Assembly (NCBI GenBank): GCA_025603075.1
Contig: MU626266.1
Location: 124,001-188,000 of the forward strand
From: Neoconidiobolus thromboides FSU 785
Lineage: Eukaryota > Fungi > Entomophthoromycota
DNA: 64,000 bases
Reading direction: 5' to 3'
The notes beneath the pieces were generated by a model. The model saw nothing but the letters and a program-made list of their open reading frames with translations, had not been told where the DNA came from and searched no databases. Shown one piece after another: positions 40,540 through 51,356 of this stretch. A program made the translations under genes and the position numbers. Position 1 is the stretch's first letter; every line of letters begins with the position of its first letter.

Positions 40540-40643
40540 ATATGGGGATATATTTTTATATTCGAGAATTTTATTAACAATCTTTTTACTCAAACAGCGC
40601 TTAAAAAATGGAAAAATAATGAAATCAAAAACATCCCCCATTA
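40540..40643 (+). mobile_element. MITE-A copy 18
   Basis: Consensus match, 50 bp after copy 17. Confidence 0.88.
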
Positions 40644-40990
40644 TATGTTATTATCTGAATATCAGAAGACAAGTTTAATATACCTTTGAGTTTTTGAATA
40701 TGGGTTACTTTATTACTCTTATATTTGTATTGTTATGCAATATATCAAGCCTATTTTTAAGAAAAAGGGGATGATTCATTCAAAAAATTAATACAGCTAA
40801 TTAATTTATTTTATTAAAGTAGAATAAAATGTATTTTTGAATTGGTATACCTTGGTGTTAATATTTGAACTCTGACTCTAACTTTAATCTATTTTGGACT
40901 TCGACTTCATGTAAAATTAAAAGCAAAATTTGCAATCAGATTTTAATCCAAAACTAAATCTCAAAAAAAAAAGAAAAGTATTTTTTTAAA

Positions 40991-41793
40991 ATGGATCAAG
41001 ATAAAATTGAAAAGATTGATAGTTATGATTTATTAGAGGCAGAGATAGAAGAAAAATATAAAAAACAAAACATAAAAAGTATAATTAAAGATTTTGATTA
41101 TGATGGTCAAGAAAATGATAATGAAATTTGGTTAATTCGTATACCAAAAAATGTAAATATTTTTTAAATGATTTATAGTTTTAACAATTTTATTTTTAAA
41201 GTTCGATCAATCTAGTTTAAATAATGAAAAAATAGAACTGGATAGCAAGAAGTCAGAAATTAATTTAAAAAATGGTTGGAAACTAACTAATAATGATGCT
41301 AAACAAATCGACAATATGGTTCCTTTATTACCTGTACAGTATATGGATGGAATAATGGCTCCATGTAAGCTTTTTATAGTTCATGTTTTATTATTTTATT
41401 ATTTATTCAGCCACCAAGAAGATCCAACGCTATCTTACTGTTAGTAAGAAATTAGATACAAATAACAATTTTGAATTGGCAAAAAGAATGCGTGATGAAC
41501 CTGTAGAAGCACCTAAAAAAGTAGAGGGTTTAACTATGAGCTTCCATCCAGTAGGATTTTTTACAGGTATGTTAAAGTGTTTTGTATTATTACATACTAA
41601 CTTTGATTTACTAGGCGAGAAAGAGATTAAAACTGAGCTTGAATTTAAGGAAAAAAATAATAAAGAGAAAAAAAGTAAAGAAAAGAAAAAGAGTGCCAAA
41701 GTAGGCAACTCTGAGCTTGAAGTCAAAACTGAGGACCACAGTGAAGCCAAAAAATCTAAGAAGAAGAAGAAGTCTAAAAAGGATAAAGAATAA
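40991..41793 (+). CDS. RPA34: RNA polymerase I subunit RPA34.5/PAF49 family
   Basis: 4 exons; NDNEIWLIRIPKN, KKVEGLTMSFHPVGF, Lys-rich C-terminal tail. Confidence 0.75.
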
Positions 41794-42030
41794 TAATTAA
41801 ATTGAATAAACATTATATAGATTTGTCACATTTTATTTTTATTTTTTATGACTTTTATTAATCCCATTTTGGGCAAGTCTTATTTCATAAAAATAAGGTT
41901 GTAGTCAAAAGCAAGAGATTTTGTTTTTGCCTCAATAAAATTGTCAAATAGCTTTACATATAATCAAAAATTTTGTATAAGCTGATCCCTTCTTTCTCAT
42001 CAAAAAATATTTTTTAATAACTTGTATTTA

Positions 42031-43116
42031 ATGAGAGAAGAAGCTAAATTACCTTATCTATATCAAATAAGTAGCCAAAATAAAAGATGGAGATTCGCGA
42101 TCAAAGACATTAAAGAATTAAGAAAACATCAGCGGGAAATAGCTAAAAAAGAGTTTGAAGTTAGAAAAGAAGTAGAAATTGTAAGTAATACCATCTAATT
42201 CTATGTTGATATTAAACTTAAAAAGAGAAGACTGGAAGAAGAAGGAAAAAGTGTAGATAATTCAGAGAAGTCAGAAAGGTTAGAAAAGCTAGGGTATCTT
42301 ACATTACAAGAAGAGCAAGCCATTCTCACGTACCATTCATTAAAAGCACAATCAATCATTAAACATTTTAAATTTAATAATGAAATATTAGTAAGTATTG
42401 ACAATTTCATGTTTTTATTAGCTCACTTCAAATTCTAGATTACATGCTTACAATATTTCAAAAGATTTTATTTGAGTAGTCATTTATTAGAATATAACAT
42501 ACCAGCTATTCTGTAATTTGATTTTAATTTATAAAAGATGGTTTATTAATCCTATCAGTTTCGCCTGCCTTTATTTAGCAATTAAAAGTGAGAATCGGTG
42601 GATAAGCGTTGACAAGTATGCTGAAACAGTAAAAGTTCCACCAAAAGAAGTACTAAGATTGGAATATTTAATAAGTCAAAAGATTGAGTTTGACTTTAAA
42701 GTTTATAAACTAAATACCCCACTAAATGGCATTGTTTTGGATTACCAAAGGTTTGATGATAGCGCCAATTTAGAGGACATCTTAAAGGAGTGTAATGTCA
42801 AGGCTAGAAAGTTAATGTATTTTGACACTTTATTATTGGCCAATCCTTCTCAGTTAGCTTTAGCTTTATTTGACCTACAAAGTCAAAAAGATAAAAATAT
42901 CCGATTTGATAAGTAATCTATTTTACCATATTATGTTATATTAATTAAGAAATTTAAAGGTATTTAAAGATGGCATTTGAGAAGGAATATCCGCGAATCC
43001 GAGAGATTATTGACCAACTCAAAGTAGTTTTAAATACCTACTTAACTACTGAGTTTGGAGATATTGAAAGGCAAATCAAGGCACTTAGGGTTAAATATTA
43101 TTTTATTAAACTTTAG
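42031..43116 (+). CDS. CCL1: Cyclin H (TFIIH/CAK cyclin)
   Basis: YQISSQNKRWRF, CLQYFKRFYL, ACLYLAIKSEN, LEYLISQKIEFDFKVY, LLLANPSQLALA; 3' end approximate. Confidence 0.88.
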
Positions 43117-44256
43117 TCATTTTATCATGTTAATTTGATGTTTTTACTCTATTTGAAAATGTTCTATCTGATATTCGATACTTTATTTTATCTATATATT
43201 ACTAATGACTAAGATTTTCAATTTAGTTTATAATAATAAAATAGTAAGCTACGTTTAATTTGAAATATACCATTTCATAGAGTTATGCCAATTTTAGTTA
43301 TAAACAAAAGTAGCTAAGAAACAGATTAATAAAATAGAAAGGTTCCTCATGAAGGATATTCAGTTAACAGACACATGGCAGATATAACACTAGAGGGAAG
43401 AACAATCAGGGTAGGTAAGGTACTATAAGTGACATTGATAGCCTGTAAGGGCTCACCGAAGACTTGACATATTGGAATAAAGTGGTAACACTTTAAGAGC
43501 TGAAATATAAATCAAATTAAAACCGGAATCTTCGAAATCATATTATTGAACTTTGCAAACGTTGTTTATTTAACTCAAAATAGCAAAATGGCTAGACAAA
43601 GATAAAGCAACCGGTTACTAATATCCTTATTTAGGTTTAAAGTAGAAGTTCAGGGGTAATGAAACTAAAGATAAAATGAAATAAAATCAGGGAATGATAA
43701 CTTAAGGGTTGATTGGATTGTGACTTTTGGACCTTAATTAATAATTGAATTAGAATATAACTCATGTTAAGTATCCAGTCTTAACAAATTACTCATAGTT
43801 TAAAATAGCACTAACGTATAAATATGATAAATTTGTAATAGGGTGGGCATTGAAATATAAATATAACTTCATTTATTCATTAAGCAGTATTAAAAATAAG
43901 AGACTATATTATATTATTTCACATACTATTTTAAATTACATTCAGTCAATGAGCATTTCTTTCTATTAATATAAGACTATTTAGTTTAATTTTCAAAACG
44001 GATATAATTATCCCAGAATTTAATAATTCGGTGTTTTAATTCTATAAAAGTTTAATAACATTTACATTTGCTTAATCCAAGGATTTTGTAGAATGATTTT
44101 GAAAAGCAATCTAAGCTTTAGGAAACAAAAAATTCCTGAAGGGTAAATTTAATTTAATTATCAAAACAATCACCGAACCTCAAAGTAATACTACAAATAA
44201 AAAGATATATAAAACCAAGATATGAGAAATCAAAATTAAAATATTCTTAAAGTAAA

Positions 44257-45846
44257 ATGAGTACAGCTACATTTACAGATCAAGCGTTTACATTAGAGGA
44301 GAAGGATTTAGTTACCATTGAATCTGGCAATATCAATAACGATAATCAACCAAAAGTAGTCTTATCAAAGAATCAATTTATAATCGTAATAATAGCTTTG
44401 ATATTAACAATATTTATAGCTGCCTTAGACAATACCATTATAGGGACTTCTTTAAATACAATAACTTCAGAGTTTGATGCCTTAGATCAAATTTCTTGGG
44501 TAGCTACTTCATATTTATTAACTTCTACTGCTTTTCAACCCCTTTATGGTAAATTTTCTGATATCTTTGGAAGAAAATTAACTACTTTGTTCGCTTTATC
44601 CATTTTTTTGATTGGTTCAATTTTATGTGGGGCTTCTACCAATATTATTATGCTGATTGTTTCAAGAGCTATTGCTGGTGTCGGAGGTGGAGGTTTAATT
44701 TCATTATCAGTTATTATAATTTCTGATATTGTAGTACTTGAGAAAAGAGGGCTGTATACTGGTATGGTAGGAGCAAATTTTGCAGTTGCTTCAGTTGTTG
44801 GGCCATTATTAGGAGGTTATCTTACAGAAAGTGTTTCTTGGAGATGGTGCTTTTATATTAATGTCCCTATTTGTATAGTAGCTATGATTGTTATTGCTAA
44901 ATTTATAACTTTCCCTAGTGAAAACCAAAATCTACGTCAAAAATTAAAGAGAGTCGATTATTTAGGATCTATCTCTATCCTTGCATTTACTATCCTTTTA
45001 GTCCTAGCTCTTAATTGGGGTGGCCAAGAATATCCTTGGAATTCTGCTGTTATTATTTCCCTATTTATTTTATGCTTTATTTCTTTAGCCTTATTCATTG
45101 TATTACAATGGAAAGTATCTAAAGAACCTATAATTCCTGGCCATGTCTTAGTAAGAAATGTAATATCAGCTGACCTTACCGCATTTTTTAATGGATGTAT
45201 ATTTTTTGCTACAGTAGTTTATTTGCCAATATATTATCAAATCGTTCATAAGGAATCCATTATTCAATCTGGGCTAGAATTACTGTCTACTATGTCTGGG
45301 CTAGTGTTCTTTTCTATTACTTCTGGGATATTCATTGTAAAAACCGGAACCTATCGTTTGCTTTCAATTAGCGGTACTTTTATAGGCTTAACTGGTGTGA
45401 TATTATTAGGCGTCCTTATGCGCAATGACATTTCACATGCTGAGCTTTTAGGCTTTTCTTTAATGATTGGTGTTGGAGTTGGCTTATGTTTACAAACAAA
45501 TACTATTGTTTCACAAGCAGCTGTCGATTTAAAAGATGCAGCTATAGTAACTTCCCTAACTAGTTTTAATTTTTCATTAGGTGGCGTGGTTGGTATTGCC
45601 GTCCTTGGATCTGTTTTTCAAAATTCATTGACTAGTTCATTAACTCGAGAAGTACCAGAAGTTAACATTCAGCAACTAGTTAAAGATTCAAGTTATTTAA
45701 TCAGCTTTAATGAAGAGATTATACAACGCGTTGTTGGGTGCTATGTTACTGCTTTTCGTACATTATTTTTAGGTGGTATTGCTTTCTTTGTACTCTCTTT
45801 TATTTCTACTCTATTTTTAAAGCATATTCCTCTTAAAAAGAAATAA
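44257..45846 (+). CDS. MFS drug:H+ antiporter, 14-TMS DHA2-type
   Basis: Intronless 529 aa; IAALDNTII, YGKFSDIFGRK, RAIAGVGGGG, GPLLGGYLTESVSWRWCFYINVP. Confidence 0.93.
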   Translation: MSTATFTDQAFTLEEKDLVTIESGNINNDNQPKVVLSKNQFIIVIIALILTIFIAALDNTIIGTSLNTITSEFDALDQISWVATSYLLTSTAFQPLYGKFSDIFGRKLTTLFALSIFLIGSILCGASTNIIMLIVSRAIAGVGGGGLISLSVIIISDIVVLEKRGLYTGMVGANFAVASVVGPLLGGYLTESVSWRWCFYINVPICIVAMIVIAKFITFPSENQNLRQKLKRVDYLGSISILAFTILLVLALNWGGQEYPWNSAVIISLFILCFISLALFIVLQWKVSKEPIIPGHVLVRNVISADLTAFFNGCIFFATVVYLPIYYQIVHKESIIQSGLELLSTMSGLVFFSITSGIFIVKTGTYRLLSISGTFIGLTGVILLGVLMRNDISHAELLGFSLMIGVGVGLCLQTNTIVSQAAVDLKDAAIVTSLTSFNFSLGGVVGIAVLGSVFQNSLTSSLTREVPEVNIQQLVKDSSYLISFNEEIIQRVVGCYVTAFRTLFLGGIAFFVLSFISTLFLKHIPLKKK

Positions 45847-46036
45847 TTCATTTGTTTTTCATGTATGTTTATATAATAATAATAATAAACTTTATATAAT
45901 ATTAAACTATGGAATACTAAGTGCGTTTATGATATATATAATCTTATTGTGGTTGGTTTTAAAATATATACTAAAATAAAGGAAATTAAAATAAGGAGCC
46001 ACATTAAAATCTTTGATTTTAAATGAGCAAGATATC

Positions 46037-46140
46037 ATATGGGGATGTATTTTTGTGTTTAGGAATTTTACTAACAGTTTTTTCACTCAAATAGCGCTTA
46101 AAAAATGAAAAAAAATGAAGTCAAAAAGACACTTCCGTAT
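46037..46140 (+). mobile_element. MITE-A copy 19
   Basis: ATAT/GTAT. Confidence 0.9.
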
Positions 46141-46342
46141 GTCAAATATAAAATAGCAAAAAAAATAAAATAAAACATGAAATGAAATAAAATGAAAGTA
46201 AAAAAATTTATAAGATCCCAAAAGTAAACGGTTTATTTAAATTTAAATTTAAATATCCAAATAGAAATCCCCTTTATAGAAAATAGGTATTTCTAACCAA
46301 AAACTAATGTTAAGACTTTGAGTTTCTATAATTTGAGTGATA

Positions 46343-46449
46343 ATATGGGAGCGTTTGTTTTGACTTCATTACTTTTTCCGTTTTTTAAGCACTATTTAAG
46401 TGGAAAATTTGTTAGTAAAATTGTTAAACATAAAAATACATCCCCATAT
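46343..46449 (-). mobile_element. MITE-A copy 20
   Basis: ATAT/ATAT. Confidence 0.92.
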
Positions 46450-46620
46450 CAAAGCAGTAACTTCATATATCACCTAAATAATCAAAAAAAGCAAAAGCAC
46501 TATTTAATACCTTTTTTCAACCTTTCTGTTCTTTTATTACATTTTTTCAATATATTACTTTATAACAATTAAATATCAAACGTATTTAAAACCATTTCTT
46601 AAAATATCGAATTATTCACT

Positions 46621-46722
46621 AAGTAAGGATGTATTTTTTGTTTGAATTTTACTGATAGTCTTTCTACTCAAATAGCGCTTAAAAAATAGAAAAAGCGATG
46701 AAACCATAAAACATCTTCACGT
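46621..46722 (+). mobile_element. MITE-A copy 21
   Basis: Diverged; AAGT/ACGT. Confidence 0.82.
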
Positions 46723-46929
46723 TAAACTATTATCTTTTTATTATATTTTTTATTATTATTAGATTTTATTACAAAGTATGATATTTTCAATATTAAAATA
46801 TAGTCACTACTATTAAAACTAAGCTACTGATTTATGACTGTAAATATTGAAAGAATATGTTTTCCTAAAAATGCCTATTTAATTTCTAAAAACATGTGAA
46901 ATTATCACAGTTAAAATATTTTTTTCAAT

Positions 46930-47035
46930 ATATGGAGCTGTTTTTTTTAGTTTCATTATTTTTCCATTTTTTAAGCGCTATTTGAGTGAAAAAACTGTTA
47001 GTAAAATTCCTAAACATAAAAATACATCCTCATAC
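46930..47035 (-). mobile_element. MITE-A copy 22
   Basis: ATAT/ATAC. Confidence 0.9.
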
Positions 47036-47774
47036 ATTGAAATATCAAAATCTGAAGTTAGATTATTTCTTTTTAGATCATAAAATGGCGACAAATGTTT
47101 ATAAATCAGATATTGAGTATTGACTATTAACCCAAATTATTAGATATCCAACATTACCCCTATAATTGATACAAAGTATACGTGTAACGTTTTATATGAT
47201 AATAAACTATTTCAAAGCCTTGACATGCTTTTAGATAAAAATCTAATAAATTTCTCAAATTTTAAAATAACTAAAGGATAAATGAAAACAATCTAGAAAA
47301 AGCAGTCAAATTTATAGAATGGTTTATAAAAGTAGTCTAACTTTTTGGATAAATCCATCTGCATAAAGGTATAAAATTGGTATGGTTTGATTTTTTTACA
47401 AAATTATATTATTTTAGACATAAGAAAAATTTACTGTTGCAACCAATAACTTTTAAATCAACTTTAACCTAAAAAGTCAATTATTTTAGAAATTACCTCC
47501 TACATAACTGAAGCTAGTGCTTTTTTGGAAGTCTAAAATGAGTAATTAAAGATATATTTAGAGTAGAGTGAATAGCATTTCAAGTACCTTCCCTTAGGGA
47601 AATATAACGCTTAGCATGGCTCTTGCAATTGTTTATCTTATAATAAATTCTTATACAGTTTTAGTTTAAAAAGGGAAAACGATAGTATGGATATTAAATT
47701 AATTTCATATAAACTAAAGTACTAAAACTGGGCACATTTTACTGTTATTAACTCCTTACAGTATATTATTATAT

Positions 47775-47944
47775 CACGGCTACAGCAAGAAAAAATTCAT
47801 CAAATTAAAAAACATTTTGATGACAATTTTGAAAAGTAAACAAAATTAAAAATATCAATATAAACTTTCAGTTTGTTGTTCACTTTGCTTAAAACTATTA
47901 TTGAGTATTTTCGCTTATTAGATTTTTTACTTGCTGTAGCTGTG
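47775..47944. mobile_element. MITE-B, 170-bp TIR element
   Basis: TIRs cacggctacagcaagaaaaaattc / gattttttacttgctgtagctgtg (3 mismatches in 24); flanks ATAT/ATGT. Confidence 0.7.
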
Positions 47945-49144
47945 ATGTGACAATAATCAATAAATGTTCAAATTTTAGACCCAAAAGTAGAAAAGTAGTC
48001 AAGAAAAGTATCATATTTTATGTTGAAGAATTGGCTTTTAAACTTTTAATAAGTTCTAGCAGATTACTTAAGTAGCCGTTCTATTTTGTTAAGGTTAACA
48101 TTAATTGAATAATCAATTATTATAAGTTAACTATGTTAATATTAAAATAATTAAGTATTTTATTATAATGAATTTAAAATTCCAACGTTTATTCTATAAA
48201 ATAAAGGCTAACTAATTTTCTTGTTCAAGCTAAGATTAATATTAAAAATAGGTTGGGGTTTATTTCCTTAGCTATTATGCTGATGTTTTAAATGATATGA
48301 AATACTATTGGTGTTTAACTTATTTTGGGGACCAACTGCCCAATAAGCAACTACAAATGATTATGGTGGGGATTTGGGGAGAAATTAGCCATGCGTATTG
48401 GGTGAATTTGATGTATGATCTCAAGGGTTAGATAAAGGAAATTTTCTTATCTCTCTACCTGGGCATATTTGTTCAAAATAAATTGGTGCTAACAATATAA
48501 GATTTGAAGGTCTACATAGCTCCTAAGAAACCACTTTATTAAATAAAAATAAACTGTAAATATAAGGCTAGTTGACAGTTCTATTCTGAACTGATAAAGG
48601 AGACAAAACACTATTATATTGAAAAATGTTTTTATCGATAATTCTTTAAGTTAGTTTAGCTTAGAATTTCAGCCCAAAATATTGAACTCAGTTCTAATAC
48701 AAATTAAGAGGTAGAATCAAAGTCACAAGGCAAATATTGTCCAATCATAAGGAGTCAAAAAATGAATTGTTCAACGCCATTTGCTTAAAAAAGTCGTTAA
48801 CAATTGATGTTGAATTATTAAAACTTAATACTGAATCATCTCAACTAAATATTAAGAATTACTTTATATGATTTGCCAAAGGAGAAAATCTAAAAATTAT
48901 AAAATAATGTTATTGTTTTTTAAGCCTTCATAGTTTAACAAAATTTGAAGTTTTTGAAATTTTGTCAAAATAGAAGCATTTAATTGGATAATGTACATGG
49001 GGTTTTAAATTTAGCTCACTTTTCCACCAATTAAATATAAACATTAGTCAATCCTATAATTTATTACGTTGACTGGAAGCTATAAAAGTTCGCATTATGA
49101 AGGCCTCCTTTCTTATAAGTAATTCTTTTAATTAAATTTTAAAT

Positions 49145-50225
49145 ATGTCTGCCGTAAGTCACATAGTTCATAATATTAACAATATCTAATTCTGTTTTTA
49201 AAATTATAGAGTCGTGAAAATCAGGTATGTTAATAAGCTGCTTGTTATAAGCATTTCCTAATACTTGAGGTTTTTAGGTTTATATGGCCAAGCTTGCTGA
49301 ACAAGCTGAACGTTATGAAGGTAAATATATTTAATAACTCGATATAAGTAACTAAAATCTTTTAGAAATGGTCAACTTCATGAAGGTAAAAGAAATAGGA
49401 AACAACCAATATTAAAATTCTAAAAATTTGTTTTTTTTGTACTTATTATAGGATGTTGCTAAGGTATTATTTCTATTATTATAACCCACTATTGTTCTAA
49501 CTGGTTTAAAGCTTGATGTTGATTTGACCGTTGAAGAACGTAACTTATTATCTGTTGCTTACAAAAACGTCATTGGTGCCCGTCGTGCCTCCTGGAGAAT
49601 TATCTCTTCAATTGAACAAAAAGAAGAATCCAAAGGTAATGAAGAACACGTTACCAAGATCAAGGAATACCGTAAAAAAGTTGAACAAGAACTCTCAAAT
49701 ATCTGTGAAGACATCCTTGCTCTTCTAGATGACCATCTCATCAAGTCATCACCAGCTGATGCTAATGAGTCAAAGGTCTTCTACTACAAGATGAAAGGAG
49801 ATTATTACCGTTATCTTGCTGAATTCACTACTGAAGATGTTCGTACCAAGGCTGCTGACTCTGCCTCTGAAGCCTATGGTAAAGCCTCTGTCATTGCCAA
49901 CAGTGAACTTGCCCCAACCCACCCAATCCGTCTTGGTCTTGCCCTTAATTTCTCAGTGTTCTACTATGAAATCATGACTTCACCAATGAAGGCTTGTGAT
50001 TTAGCCAAGAGTGCTTTTGATGAAGCTATTGCTGAATTAGATACTCTTTCTGAAGATTCTTACAAAGATTCTACTTTGATTATGCAACTTTTACGTGATA
50101 ACTTAACACTCTGGCAAACTGACATAGGTGACAGTAAGTTTTAGATATCATAAATTAAAGTTTTGATTTTAATATTATTAGATCTCCAAGAGAATGCTGA
50201 TGCTGATGAGAAAGCCGAAGCTTAA
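49145..50225 (+). CDS. BMH: 14-3-3 protein
   Basis: Exons 49145-49153, 49210-49224, 49278-49320, 49366-49385, 49452-49463, 49512-50133, 50182-50225; [55 protein letters not shown]. Confidence 0.98.
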
Positions 50226-51356
50226 ATTTGAGCTAAATATTTTAGTAGAATCTCTAAACGTATCCTCTTTAAGTGATCCCGATATTATTACTAAATTGCT
50301 TCAATTTTAAGAATAAATTTATTATTTTAGTATATTCTTCATTGTAGATAGGGATTGTTATAATAAATATTTATGAATTTTTAATAAATGTAGTTATAGT
50401 CATAAACACATCGTTATGATTTATATATTATCAGTATTTTAATATAAAACACTTATTAAAATATTCATAGATCACTAAAACATGATGATTTGTATTGATA
50501 TATAAAAGTGTATATTAAATATAATGAGTTTCCTCTTTACAAAGTTATATTGCTTATTATGAAAGTCAAATAATATATAGTAAGTTATATTATTTTCAAC
50601 TCAAATTTTAAATAATTTAAATTGGTTTATAAATAATATACAATGATGATGTAATTTATAGTAATAATTTTACTATAAAAATTGGTTAATTAAACAAACG
50701 CATAAATAGAATATTAATATTTCAGTTTTCATTAATAAATATAAAAGTTAAATGATTATATAATTTACTATTTAAAATTCAGCAACAAACTGTATGAACT
50801 CTATATTAAGTTTGAAACTCCTTACTATGTTTGTTTCAAAACTGTCATAAAAATTTAAAAATTCACTGCTAAATCTTGGATTGTTATTCTACTCTAATTT
50901 AAAGTTTATGTAAAAATGATCTCAAACCAAAAAAAATCCTTCCAAGGTTTATTGTAATTTAACTAGTTTTAATTTGGCCTTCTATAATACTAGTATTACA
51001 TATTCAAGTTTTTTGGTTATACTCCAGAAACTGACTGTATGGTTTATTTATAAAGAAACTATGGAAGGTCAATAAAAGAAAAAACATAAAAGTGGAGACT
51101 CATTAAACGTTTTGTCATCAATTACAAAAAACTTAATCGGAGAAAGAGATAAAGTCCCTAAAGACTTAAGACCTCTTTTAAATTGATTTCAAACTTCATT
51201 ATACTTAATTCTTTTTTATAAATGAAATTTTATGACTAATCATAGTGTTTTATAAGGTTTGTTATATTCAATAATATTCTTTCATAATTTATAATATTCA
51301 AATAATAAAAAGTAAATCAATCAAAATATATATTTAATCAAGTCAATTATAGACAG

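Noticed and set aside
40451-40689. ORFs 40451-40678 and 40504-40689 (also 46318-46572, 54142-54327, 18871-19116 start, 52166-52438 start)
   Set aside because: Chance read-through of MITE-A sequence
48300-48800. Slightly GC-richer coding-like patch; similar patches near 9950-10110 and 62340-62700
   Set aside because: Stops in all frames and no motif I can assign
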